A stretch of DNA of 63,872 nt, counting the filler, from Octopus bimaculoides (Eukaryota): assembly GCF_001194135.2 (NCBI RefSeq). It is 4 parts of 4 records of this genome, joined end to end, with 100 filler letters (N's around TTAATTAATTAA, not from the genome) between each part and the next. Parts side by side here need not be neighbours in the genome. Positions count along the whole stretch, not along the records: positions 1 to 28,243 come from NC_068991.1; 3 more parts are not named here. One strand, 5' to 3'. The notes below the pieces were generated by a model that saw only the letters and a list, made by a program, of their open reading frames with translations, was not told the DNA's origin and made no database searches. The translations under genes were made by a program, and so were the position numbers. Numbering within the stretch: the first letter of the stretch is position 1; every line of letters begins with the position of its first letter. Below are positions 1-11,594 of this stretch, in pieces.

Positions 1-41
<41 letters not shown>

Positions 42-71
42 TCACATGTGTGTGTGTATGGATGGGTGGCA

Positions 72-245
72 GGCAGGTAGACATGCCTGTGTAGTTAAGA
101 ATTCTACTTCCCAACTGCATGGTTTCAGACTCAGTTACATTGCATGGCATTTTATGTGAGTGTCTTCTGCTATAGCTTTAGGTTTACCAAAACCTTGTGA
201 GTAGATTTGGTTGACAAAAACTGGAGGAAGGCTGTCATATCTGTG
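72..245 (+). mobile_element. tRNA-derived SINE (family A), degenerate head/body
   Basis: Matches the window-wide family gtggttaagaag..cttcccaaccacatgg..ccaaagccttgtgagtggatttggtagac; best copy at 44378-44540. Confidence 0.75.
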
Positions 246-477
246 TGTGTGTACCTTTGTCTTGACATCATGTGATGATTGTAAACAAGCATCACCATCA
301 TACAGGCAATGTTTGTTTCCAGTCTTATGTGGAAACCTGTCTGGCTCTGGAGAATTATTATCTTGCTTAGAAATAGGAGGTTGGTGACAGGAAAGACATC
401 TGGCTATAGGAAGTCTGCCTTAAATTACGTCTGGCCCATGCAAGCATAGAAAAGTAGGTGTTAAAATGATGATGATG

Positions 478-480
<3 letters not shown>
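246..480 (+). mobile_element. SINE/LINE 3' tail of RTE type ending in (GAT)n
   Basis: cccatgcaagcatagaaaagtaggtgttaaaatgatgatgatgat terminus, shared with 26375-26540 and others. Confidence 0.65.
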
Positions 481-517
<37 letters not shown>

Positions 518-828
518 ATCATCATCGTCTTCATTAACATTGTCATTGTTTAATGTCTGATAGTTCAGCTCTGATTAATGTATACCTTCACAATAAAATA
601 AACAGATACTTTTAAGGTTTTTAGAAGTATGACTTGGGAGACAACTGTTCTGTAAATTAGTTGATTAATTGATTAACTAAATGGATTGATTAAGCATGCA
701 AACCACTATAATGGATTCAGTTCATTAGATTATTTGAAATGTGTGTTAGTGAATCAAGTATCATATGAACATAATTCTTCATTATCTATTTCTTTATATA
801 CATATTCATTTTTTTTTTTTTTTAGCAG

Positions 829-1260
829 GTATAAAACCAGATGGGAAATCCAATAATTATCCTCCTGGTTATAATCCTGTTGATGACACTTCATCTGAGA
901 AAGCAGATAGAAAGAAGAAGAAGAAGAAGAAGCAGAAAGGATTAAAGAACAATGATTTGAAAGATAAGGTGCAGAACAATATGGCTGAGCAAGAGGGAAA
1001 AAATATGAAAGCATCTAAAAAACAAGAAAGTGACATTATTGAGTCTGAACAAAAGAAAAGTCTGAAACCAAAAAGAAACTATGAAATAACTTCTGCTGTA
1101 AATGCAGAAGATGAGGAAGAAGAAGTTGAAGAAGAAACTGTGACGAAAAGCAAGCGTAGGCAGAAAGTAAAAAAAATCAAGCAAGAATCCTCAAATTCTG
1201 AAGATGAGGAAGAACATGTTACAGAAGAACAGGATACTGTAAAATCAGAGAATGATGCAG
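829..1260 (+). CDS. Gene 1 internal exon: Lys/Glu-rich low-complexity region (GIKPDGKSNNYPPGYNP...KKKKKKKQK...SENDA)
   Basis: T-tract plus tagcag acceptor (823-828), open frame, CAG|gtgaga donor at 1261; 432 nt, phase 1-1; phase fits the next exon. Confidence 0.85.
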
Positions 1261-1859
1261 GTGAGATTTTATTTTTCTTATTTCGTGTATTTTTCATGTT
1301 TCTTGTCATTTATGATAGGTAGTTGGTTTGGTTGTTGTACGATTGTTCTGCTACAAGTTGCTTCTAATTTAGTCGACCTGTGATCAAAGGTTTGCAAGCT
1401 CTGATGACCCTGCCTTTGTTTGAGGTGTAATGTATCCAGGACTGTCTGCAGTTTAACCTAGATACTAGTAAATTTGGCTGCCATTTCTAGCAGCCTGAGC
1501 AACCATTTAGTGAAGTGGCCCCAATTATTATTTTTTTTTTTTTTTATTCATGATGTACTTTCAAGTTAATAGAAACACTTAGGTTAATTTTGTACATATA
1601 GTCAATAAACATATTTTAGCATATAAATTATTTAAGCTAAAGAAAATTAATTACTTATGTTTTATTCAATAAATGAAGCTGAAAGGAAAGAGGGCTGCAC
1701 TAGCACTCTGCTGGTACTCATTATTAGCTGAGTAGATGGGAGCAATGTGACATGAAATTCCTTGTTCAAGGACATAGCATGTACACAGTTTAGAAACTGA
1801 ACCCATGATCTTATAATTTGATTACAGTACTCTAAACTTTAAATCACATGATTTCATAA

Positions 1860-2172
1860 GTGTCACTCTATTGGTTACAATGACAAAGGTTTCACTTGAT
1901 CTGATTAGCGAAACAGTCTGCTTGTGAAATTAATCTGCAAGTGGCTGAGCACTCCACAGACATGTGTAACCTTAACATAGTTCTCAGATTCAGCATGATA
2001 CAGAATGTGACATGGCTGGCTCTTGGGAATACAGGTACTACTTATCTTTGCCTGCTGAGTGGACTGGAGCAACATAAAATTAGAGTGTCTTGCTCAAGGA
2101 CATTGGGTGCAGCTGGGAATCAAACTCAACTTTATGCTCATAAGCTGAATACCCTACCTACGAAGCCACATG
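1860..2172 (-). mobile_element. tRNA-derived SINE (family E: cttgagcaagacact / gtggctgagcactccacagac)
   Basis: Homologous to 38528-38830 (+) and 40786-41152 (-). Confidence 0.75.
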
Positions 2173-2399
2173 CCTGTACTACATGATTTCATATTACATA
2201 TTGATCATTATGTCTTAGTTTTTGCAATTATTTTAGTTCTTTTATTCTTGATTGTTGTTTGCTGTAAGAACTGTCTTTCAATCACTTCAGTAGCTTCTGA
2301 TTGTGAACAGGTACACAGGTTAAGATTATTTTATATAGTTCCAACGTTTTTACTCGCTAATCCGTAGTTGATTAGTGCAAATGTTAGCTGCCATTCTTT

Positions 2400-2700
2400 C
2401 ATCATCTACAAAGGTTTACTCTGGGAAAATGGTAGCACCCATGTAACTTTCCAGAGTTTCCAAGACTAATGAGAAGTAGATGTTCTTAGACCAGAGACCT
2501 GACCCTAACACTTGCAACAGAATTGTCCCTGCTAATGGCAACTCAGGAGCAGGTATTAAACCGGGCAATGGAATAAGTTTATCACCTGAGAACAGTGAGG
2601 ATCATTCTAACAGGCTTTCACACTGCTCCCCTTTACCAAATATCTACCAAAGACTTTGGTAGGTGTCCAAAATGTCACATGTAGAATCGCACTTGAAGCC
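2400..2700 (-). mobile_element. Degenerate L1/Tx1-type RT fragment
   Basis: Broken minus-strand translation resembles the KAFDRV and VRQGCPLSPLL..LE RT motifs. Confidence 0.35.
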
Positions 2701-3111
2701 ATACAACAATGAAGAAACTTTCTTAGCCCTACATTCATATTTGTGTCAATTTTTGGTTTACTTTCTTCTTTTTTTTTTTTTTTTCTTATCTGTTGCTAAT
2801 GTCTGTGAGTATAATTGGTCTGATAGTGTGTGATAATGTATTTTGGACACATTTTTCAATACATCTTTCTGTATTTTGAACAGCATCTTATCTGAGAGTC
2901 TCACCTTTCTAATTTCTTCATCCCACATTTTTTTCTTATCTACCTCTACATCATCCATCTACTACAGTGAAATCATAGCAAATTTTTTACTTGATATACA
3001 TTTTCTGTTTGCATTATATCTTTAAGCCAGTGTAGATAACTATTCATATTTTGTTTTGTCAATGTTTAATGTTTTGAAATTTAAAAAAAAAAGCTGGTTT
3101 GTGTTTTATAG

Positions 3112-3296
3112 TGATCTTGCAACAGTTTGATCCCACTCTTGAACAAGAACTGTTGGAATTGGACACAATAGCTGTATTAGCCCAGTCTAAAGTAATTGCT
3201 GCTGGAAATATTAATAAATTGATAATTTTTGATAATAAAAAAGAAGAGGATATTAAGTTTTTACAAAAGATGATGAATAATCACAAAAGTATAAAG
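3112..3296 (+). CDS. Gene 1 exon (V)ILQQFDPTLEQELLELDTIAVLAQSKVIAAGNINKLIIFDNKKEEDIKFLQKMMNNHKSIK
   Basis: gtgttttatag| acceptor, AAG|gtaatg donor; phase 1 to 0, compatible with both neighbours. Confidence 0.85.
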
Positions 3297-3768
3297 GTAA
3301 TGTATCATTTTTTTAAAAGCACTTCTGTTTATTGGTGTGACTCACCACAGAATACCAGTGAAAGAAATCCTACTGCCTCAGTCCCTCTCACTCTTTCTAA
3401 AATAACTCTTGATAGATATACTTGAAATTTTTAAATTGATGAGTTTTGGGGGGATTTTTTTCTGGTTGAAACAAGTTTTGAATAAATGAATGCAATTCCT
3501 TATTATTCCTTAACAAAGTGTGAGCAATATTTGTTTTCATTCTAGTTTAGAGTGGTGAAGTGGTGGTTTTGATATTATATATCAACACTTTGATTAACAA
3601 AGTTAATATCTTCCAATTTTTTACATTGCTCTTGAAAATTTCATTGTCAGAGGAAGGTGAAAACAGTTGGGTAGATAAGTCTTATATAATTACTAAAATT
3701 ATAATGTATGATTACTAAAATGCAGTAGGCCTACATATATACCCCAGAATATTTTTTGAACAAACCTA

Positions 3769-4310
3769 TCATCATCATTTGACGTCCATTTTCCATGCTG
3801 GCATAGGTTGGATGATTTGATAGGAGCTGGAGAGCTACCCAGGCTCCATGTTTGTTCTGGCATGGTTTTTCATCATTTCATCGTCCATTTTCCATGCTGA
3901 CATGAGTTGGATGGCTTGACAGGAGCTGAAGAGCTGCCCAGGCTCCTTGTCTGTTTTGGCATGCTTTTTATGGCTGAATGCCCTTCCTAACACCAAGCAC
4001 TTTGCAAAGTGTACTGGGTGCTCTTACACAGCACCAACATGGGTGCTCTTTACGTGGCACCAGCACCCATGAGCCGGCAAAATTAAGAATGCTCAGCTGG
4101 AGAGGGATGCAGGGGACATGCTTGTATGCAAAGACAACCATGTATTTACTAACTTTTCTCAAGCACCGCAAAGCACCAGAAGTCTTGGTCCCCTTGTCAT
4201 CCCCTCTGAGGTCCAACATCTGAAGGTGCTTTCTCTCCTCCTGGAGCTCCCCTTCAACACGTTCCCTCCACAATTAGCACTTCTTGATCTGACTCTCCAT
4301 TCATATGTAT
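3769..4310 (-). mobile_element. RTE-type 3' tail element with a duplicated 3' end
   Basis: catcatcatt..gtccattttccatgctggcat start occurs twice (about 3775 and 3880), then ggatgcccttcctaacaccaa. Confidence 0.7.
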
Positions 4311-4626
4311 TACATGACCATACCAGCACACAGCTTGCAGTCCCTGCTAAGGTAGTATGCCATGAAAACAATAATAATATGTTGGCTGTAATATTAATAC
4401 ACTAGTTTCACATCAACAGATTACATAACACTTCTCATCAATTGCAAAAATTAATCTTTTCAGTTAATAACTCAAATGACCAGTTGTAATATGAAGGATT
4501 TAGATATCAAACAATTCCGAAAAGTTCTGGATCTCTCTGTACGTATATAATATTTATTTGCTTAAAATTCTTTGAATACACTACTCTTGTTTTCTTTCAT
4601 CAGTAATTTTGTAAATATATAGGTCA

Positions 4627-4800
4627 GGCATAACTCAATAGTTAAGAAGTCTACTTCCCAAACATGTAGTTTTGGATTCAGTTCCACTGCATGGTACCTT
4701 GGGCAAGTGTCTTCTACTATAGACCTAGGCCAACCAAAGCCTTGTAAGTGGATTTGGTAGATAGGAACTGAAAGAAATCTATCATATATGTATGTGTGTG
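4627..4800 (+). mobile_element. SINE family A
   Basis: ttaagaagtctacttcccaaac..ccttgggcaagtgtcttctactatag..gtggatttggtag. Confidence 0.8.
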
Positions 4801-4899
4801 TGTCTGTGTTTCCATCTCTTAACATCATATGGGAGTTGTAAACAAGTGTCACTTTCAAACAAGCATGATTATATGGATATAAACAGACATACACATATA

Positions 4900-5052
4900 T
4901 ACTGTGGGTTTCTTTCACTTTCAATCTACCAGATTCACTCATAAGGCTTTGGTCGGCCTGTAGCTATAGTAAAAGACACTTGTCTGAGGTTCTACACAGT
5001 GAGTCTGAACCTGAACCATGTGGTTGAGAAGCAAACTTATCACATAGTCACC
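4900..5052 (-). mobile_element. SINE family A, inverted relative to its neighbours
   Basis: ctaccagattcactcataaggctttggtcggcctg..aaccatgtggttgagaagcaaac is the reverse complement of the family. Confidence 0.8.
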
Positions 5053-5389
5053 ATTGCTATTGCATATGTCCCTGAATTCTGAGATACTGATTACTGACTA
5101 AACACTGATTATAATGCATTTATTTCACAACTTTGAAAATTTTTAAACCCTATTCTATGTGGTAAACAGTGTTTGTGAAAATGGTACAGAAAAACCGAAT
5201 TCTACTTCATACTGTCTACTCTTTGTTCAACTTCAATATTTTAGTGTCCTTGCCCAACAAATCTTATAAATTTTCTTATAACTATGCCTATTAATAAATG
5301 TTGCTGTTTTCCTAACACACACACACATATACACAAGCTTCCCATATGAGTCAAATTTTATTTCGATTTTGTTATTTTTTGCACCACAG

Positions 5390-5586
5390 ATTCTTTACAA
5401 TGAAATGAATGAAAAACCTGTCAATGGTGATGTGAAAGCATTATATGAAAAAGCTACATGCAGGACTTCAAAACTTGCAAGTGACATAGATATACAGTCT
5501 GAATATTTGAAAATGTGCGTTCATTACAGGAAAGCTGCATTATTCATGTGGCAAGCATTTGAGTTTTATAAATATTACGAGGAAAG
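5390..5586 (+). CDS. Gene 1 exon ILYNEMNEKPVNGDVKALYEKATCRTSKLASDIDIQSEYLKMCVHYRKAALFMWQAFEFYKYYEE(R)
   Basis: ttattttttgcaccacag| acceptor, AAG|gtttgt donor; phase 0 to 2. Confidence 0.85.
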
Positions 5587-5644
5587 GTTTGTATTTTTGC
5601 ATTTAATTAGTTTAAATTTAAAGTGTGTTATACAAAGGCACAAA

Positions 5645-5790
5645 CATGGCTGTGCAATTAAGAAGTTTGCTTTCCAAACACATAATTTCAGGTTCAATCA
5701 CATAGTTGGGCACCTTGCTTAAGTGTCCTCTACTATAGCTTTTGGCAAACCAAAGCCTTGTGAGTGGATTTGGTAGACAAAATGCACATA
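5645..5790 (+). mobile_element. SINE family A
   Basis: catggctgtgcaattaagaagtttgctttcc..ccaaagccttgtgagtggatttggtagac. Confidence 0.8.
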
Positions 5791-5869
5791 CATGTTTAGG
5801 CCTATGTCTCCTTGTTTTGACATTGTGCGATAGATGTAAACTTGTGTCACTGCCAAACAAGCAAGTCTT

Positions 5870-6190
5870 TCATTCCAATTTTCCATGCTGACATGAGTTG
5901 GACGGCTTCACAGGAGCTGAAGAGCTGCCCAGGCTCCTTGTCTGTTTTGGCATGCTTTTTATGGCTGGATGCCCTTCCTAACACCAACCACTTTACAGAG
6001 TGTACTGGGTGCTTTTTACATGGCACAACACCCATAATCCCACAAGATTAGGAACTCAGCTGGAGAAGGATGCAGGGTATATACCTGAATGCAAGACAAC
6101 CGTGATTTTACTTAGCTTGACATGTCTTTTCAAGCACAGCAAACTACCAGGAGTCTTAGTCCCTTGTCATCCCTTCTGTGAAGACATTAA
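5870..6190 (-). mobile_element. RTE-type 3' tail element
   Basis: ttccatgctgacatgagttggacgg..ggatgcccttcctaacaccaaccac, as at 3880-4200. Confidence 0.7.
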
Positions 6191-6436
6191 AAAACTGGTA
6201 GTAATTTTTTAGTAGAGAAAAATGAGCTACTCAAAGAAGACTACTTTTATGTGATAACATTTGGCTGAGTTAAAAACTGTTCATCTCTCAGCTAGGAAAT
6301 GAAGATCTCAAACAGATTCCACACTTATAAGAACAAAATGAATGTGCTGAGTATAATGGCAATCTTACAAAATATGTTAAAAAAGATTTAATTAATGAAA
6401 AAGTTATTTGGAAATCATTGTCATGGGTTTGATACT

Positions 6437-7335
6437 CATCATCATCATCATTATCGTTATTTAACGTCCGCTTTCCATGCTGGCATGGGTTGGACGGTTT
6501 GATTGAGGACTGGCAAGCTAGAAGGATGCACCAGACTCCAATCTGATCTGGCAGGGTTTCTACAGCTGGATGCCCTTCCTAATGTTAACCACTCTGAGAG
6601 TGTAGCACAAGGGCCAGTCAGGTGGCACTGGCATCGACTACGCTTGAATGGTGCTTTTTACATGTCACCAGCACAGGAACCAGTTAGGTGGCACTGGTAT
6701 TGATCATGCTCAAATGGTGCTTTTTACATGCCAATCAGGTAGTACTGCCATCAGCCACTACAATGACTTCACTTGACTCAACAGCTCTTCACAAGCGCAG
6801 TTTATTGCCCAATGATTGAAGGGTACTCTTAAATGGGCCAGTTATGCTGCACTGGCATAGGCCACGGTTACAGTCTCACTTGACTTGCCAGGTCTTCTCA
6901 AACACAGCATATCTCCAAAGGTCTCAGTCACTTGTCATCGCCTCCGTGAGGCCCAACGTTTGAAGATCATGCTTCACCACCTCATCCCAGGTCTTCCTGG
7001 GTCTACCTCTTCCACAGGTTCTCTCTACTGCTAGGGTGTGACACACAGCTGTCTTCATCCATATGCAACACATGGCCATACCAGTGCAGTTGTCTCTCTT
7101 GCACACCACATCTGATGCTTCTTATGTCCAACTTTTCTCTCAGGGTGCTTTCACTCTGTCATGTATTCACACTGACATTACACATCCAGCGGAGCATACT
7201 AGCTTCATACCTTGCAAGCTTATGCATGTCCTCAGCAGTCACAGCCCTGTTTCATTGTCATCTAGCGAGGCTGTTCGCACATGTGTGTCATACAGTCTAC
7301 CTTTTACTCTGAACGAGAGGCCTTTTGTCACGAGC
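6437..7335 (-). mobile_element. RTE-clade LINE, 5'-truncated (RT C-terminus plus 3' UTR and (CAT)n tail)
   Basis: Minus frame gives ERTCGRGRPRKTWDEVVKHDLQTLGLTEAMTSD; tail catcatcatcattatcgttatttaacgtccgctttccatgc. Confidence 0.85.
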
Positions 7336-8099
7336 ACACTTATGCTCACATTTATAAACCCATTTTCACATAGTAACATATAAGCAGAACTTATTAACTT
7401 GATAACAAATTCATCATTGAAAATGAAATTTGGTGAACTTAAGTTTCTTTCTGAATGTTGTTGGTTTGATCATTTCTGGTAATTATTATGCTATGATGGA
7501 CTATCTCCAGAATGTTCTTATTAATGAAAAATACTACATATCACAACTGAGTTAACTCGGTTATTTCCAGAGTTTTAGAGCAAATAACAGTTGATTTATC
7601 AGTGTAATAGACTCAGAATATCTTCGTTTGTTACCATACACTCATTGTGACAAAACCTTGCATGTGAAGAAACAAGACATTTGTCATGAAACATCTATGG
7701 CTTGCTCTCAATCCTTTCATATTTTAATAACATTCTAAAATAATAGGAAATTTTGAAAGAGAAATATTTTTAATATCTCCACCTCATTTTCTTTCTGGAA
7801 TATATTCATTGGTACTTTAATCAATGCTCTCATGGATGTTTTCACTATCTGGTTCAAACTCCATATAAGACATTTACTACAGCTGTTTCTTTCCTTTGAA
7901 AATCCTTGAAATTTAGAGTTGTTATTAACTTAATATGAAGCTTATCTAATTATTAAAAAAGGAAGATTATCAAAATAAAGAGGGAGAGAATGAAAACCCA
8001 AAATTCATACAACAATACCAGATGGTGTACAAGTTGTTATCCATGTTATTGTTAATATACTAACAAGCAGTAGAAGTTGGCATATAAGGATTTGTTGCC

Positions 8100-8640
8100 A
8101 CTTCCATGTACCAACTACTACATCAGCTTGGAAATGAAGGTCACAAAAGAACAGTGACAATGAAACACCTTTCAGAAACAGCTGAGAAGAGTTCAATGAG
8201 GCTATGATCCAAGAATAACGATGGCTGGAGCTGAAAAGGAAAACTGCAAGGCACTAAACATAGTAGGAGGGAAACCCCCAACTTGAAATAGATCTACAGT
8301 ACTAGTTCTTGTGTTGGTCTTCTTGATTGACCGATATATATCATTCAGGGAAATAAGATCACCCAAAGATTCTGAGTTTAATCTCCATTAAAGGTGACTT
8401 TTCAAAAACAGCAGGAAACTCAAGTGTCATCAACACCCTTAGAAAGTCTGGAACTAACAGATTGAGACCCTTGTTTGATAGGAGTTCTTCCTCTAAAGAT
8501 ATCTCTTGCTGTGTGCTCACTCCACAGTGAGTTTCCACTATGGCACTGAAACACCCACAATATGCCCCAAAACTCCAGGGTTTATGCATTCATATTAAAA
8601 TGAAAATGTGTAAGTGACCAGGACTTCTCAACAGTTCTCT
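8100..8640 (-). mobile_element. Degenerate L1/Tx1-type endonuclease fragment
   Basis: Broken frames with AIVETH and FEKSPLMEIKLRIF, resembling APE-domain segments. Confidence 0.3.
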
Positions 8641-8789
8641 CACTTGGCTTTACACAGCTTATTCATCTCAGACACAAAACTCTCATCTCATATCTGTAAC
8701 GATCATCAGTTGTTTAAATTTCTCCTGTTTCTCAATCAAGGACATGTCAACTCAGGGTCTCTTTGAACACATGACCTCAGTGACTATTA

Positions 8790-8935
8790 ACATTAACCCT
8801 TTTGATACCAACCTGCCTGAGGTCGCCCCTAGTTCTATGGTACAAACTTCCTGTTTTCAAGTGATCTAAATTAAGACCTTCCATCAGAATTTCATGTTAA
8901 TTTATATTCCAAACACCAGCTTAATAATCCTTTCT
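8790..8935. mobile_element. MITE end with TTAA-CCCTTT terminus (piggyBac-like)
   Basis: ttaacccttttgatacc; internal gcccctagttctatggtacaa recurs near 10345; other end not found. Confidence 0.4.
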
Positions 8936-9109
8936 ACTATAGAGGTACAAGATCGNNNNNNNNNNACCTTGGTGGAATTTGAACTCAGAACATAACGATG
9001 GATGAAATGCTGCTAAGCATTTTGCCCAGTGTGCTAATGATTCTGCCAGCTTGCTGCCTTACTCCAGCTTAGTAACATTTATTTTAATTGATTATTCTTT
9101 TCTTTTACA

Positions 9110-9465
9110 TGTCACAGCATTTGGCTGCGGCTATGCTGGAGCACTGTCCTGAAGGGCTTTAGTCGAAGAAATCGACTCCAGGATTTATTCTTTGTGAGCC
9201 TAGTACTTATTCCATCGGTTTCTTTTGCCGAACCGCTAAGTTACGGGGACATAAACATACCATCATTGATTGTCAAGCGATGGTGTGGGACAGACAGACA
9301 CACACACACGACAGGCTTCTTTCAGTTCCTGTCAACCAAATCCCCTCACAAAGCTTTGGTCGGCCTGAGACTATAATAGAAAATACTTGCCCAAAATGCC
9401 ACATACTGGGACTGAACCCGAAACCATGTGGTTGGGAAGCAAGCTTCTCACCACACAGCCACGCC
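9110..9465 (-). mobile_element. Full-length SINE family A (head, body, (CA)n, second domain)
   Basis: ggctgcggctatgctggagcac..gccgaaccgctaagttacggggac..(ca)n..gggactgaacccgaaaccatgtggttgggaagcaagcttc. Confidence 0.85.
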
Positions 9466-10845
9466 ATATTTTCAAAATTAATTGAAACACAGGTCATGTA
9501 TTTCAAGAGAAATATGGTAACAAAAGGGTCAATACTCTGGCTCTGATTTTCTGCACATATTTAACAATCTTTGATATAACATGTTGCAAGTTTAAAATTT
9601 TATTCTTCCATCTGAAAGCATGTTTTGTAGTAATACTATAGAAGATACTCTAAAGTATTTTCAAGGAAACTTATGGTCTCAGTAGTTTTATAGATCATTG
9701 GCAAAACTCCATTAATATAATGGAGGTGACATTGCTCTCTTGACATTAATACCATGTAGACTTATCACTCCTCTTGACAAACATTTCTTCATGAAATAGC
9801 TTTGCTTTCTAAGTTCAAAGGCTTTATAAAGTCCATATCACTAACAAAAATGTTTTGTACAGTGATCAAACTTGTGATCTCTCTAGTCCTATTAAGAATC
9901 AATAAATCCCGATATAAATTCTATGCTGGCATATACAGGTTCTAGCTTTCATTCTTTAATTAAATTAAACCTTGAAAAAAATATATGAACCTGGTGTAAA
10001 CAAGATGTTCTTTCTAAAATGAGGATAAAGTTTATTTTGTACACAGAAGAGTGCTTAGTTGCTGTTTCTCAGCTCCAAACAACACAATTTTAATTAAGGC
10101 TATTTGTTGTTCACAATTCAGAGACAGTTGTGACACAGGACATTAAGAATTAATATGAATTTACAAGAGCTCTACTTCATCTTGTGTGAGACAATGTTAG
10201 TTGGATTCTCTTTAACCATTTTATATCAGTCTGGTTTTCTAATCTTGTTGGTTACTGCCTGCCAAACATGCTCTCATGCAAATTATGTTGCCCTTTATTC
10301 TCCAGTTAACTGATACATTAGAGGCACATATAATTTAGAACTAGGCCGCCCCTCGTTCTATGGTACAATGTTGACATGTGAGTAAAGCATCTTCCTGAAG
10401 ACACAGCATTATATAATTACTATGTTTAGTTAGCATATAATGCTGAACTGAAACCTTCCTATAAACAAAATCTGTCTTCAGTTATCAAACTACTGCAGAG
10501 ATGGTTAGAATATAGGAAATTGTATTATCACTAACCACTAGTCCATTTCATGATGAAATTCAGTCAACAAAGAACACTCTTTTGCAAGCTTCCAGCTTGG
10601 GAGATAACTATAACCTACTTCCACTCTTGAATGACCTGAAAAGAGCAATGAGTGCTGGCCTACTACTGATAGTACCAGATGATGAACTGTATTTAACTAT
10701 AAAATGCTCTTAAGTAAGTTGGGGATTAGCAACATTTCCCTATGGAATAACTATAATATTGACTATCATTAATGATTCAACCTTTTAATTTGATGTAAGT
10801 TTTCTTTTCTTTAGTTTATAATTAAATTTTACATTATTTTTGCAG

Positions 10846-10924
10846 ACTGGATCAAGTGACCCAGAAAAAAATGTTCACGTCAAGTTTAGAAGCACTTAAA
10901 AAGAAAATGTCATCCAAGAATTAA
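10846..10924 (+). CDS. Gene 1 terminal coding exon (R)LDQVTQKKMFTSSLEALKKKMSSKN*
   Basis: ttacattatttttgcag| acceptor; phase 2 start matches the AG left by the previous exon; TAA at 10922-10924; AT-rich UTR follows. Confidence 0.75.
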
Positions 10925-11389
10925 TAATTTGCACAATTACTAAACTAATGTGTAATTACGATTAATGATAGTTGTGTAATTACATATATAAATTTTGGTA
11001 TATTCATCTGCTGTTGATTATGAGCCACATAAAAGGGAAAAAATTATAGAAATTTTAAAGAATTAAGTTGCATACATACTAAAATGAACATGTAAATTTC
11101 ATATCTATGATAAACATTAATTTTGGTAGATTCAGCTGCCATTAATTATGAGCCACAATGTGACATAGTGGTTTGTTTCAAATTGCAATTTAAGCATATC
11201 CTACTGTAAACATTATCATGTTGAAGATTGCATTAATTTGTCTTAGACAAGCAGGAAAATCTGCTAGATCCCTTCTTAATAGACAATGAGCATCTATAAA
11301 AAAAATTTGCTATAAATTATGCAAATACTTGCTTTTTCAAAGCTATATAACTCATGGTAATTTACACACACAATGGCTTGAAAATTTTA

Positions 11390-11400
11390 AATAAAATAAA
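11390..11400 (+). terminator. Candidate polyadenylation signal of gene 1 (two overlapping AATAAA)
   Basis: AATAAA at 11390 and 11395, about 470 nt after the stop. Confidence 0.4.
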
Positions 11401-11588
11401 AGTGCAAATATAAAAAAAAAGAAATACAAAAGCACGTGTTGTTTTCTTAATTTTTCTTTATCTCTTTGATCATATTTTCAATGCGGTATTGTTCATGGGC
11501 TTTCTGGGCTGGATGATTAGTTTAAATGTAGCAAGAATAGTTAAACTGAACAAATATTAATACTGCATTTTTTAATCTTTACTATAGG

Positions 11589-11594
11589 TTTATT
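11589..11594 (-). terminator. Candidate polyadenylation signal of cornichon
   Basis: tttatt on + equals AATAAA on -, about 1 kb after the cornichon stop. Confidence 0.3.

Noticed and set aside
10519-10712. Open frame EIVLSLTTSPF...LTIKCS* with a nearby gtaagt
   Set aside because: Phase 0 start does not fit the phase 2 end of exon 5390-5586, it stops before the donor, and the acceptor is weak
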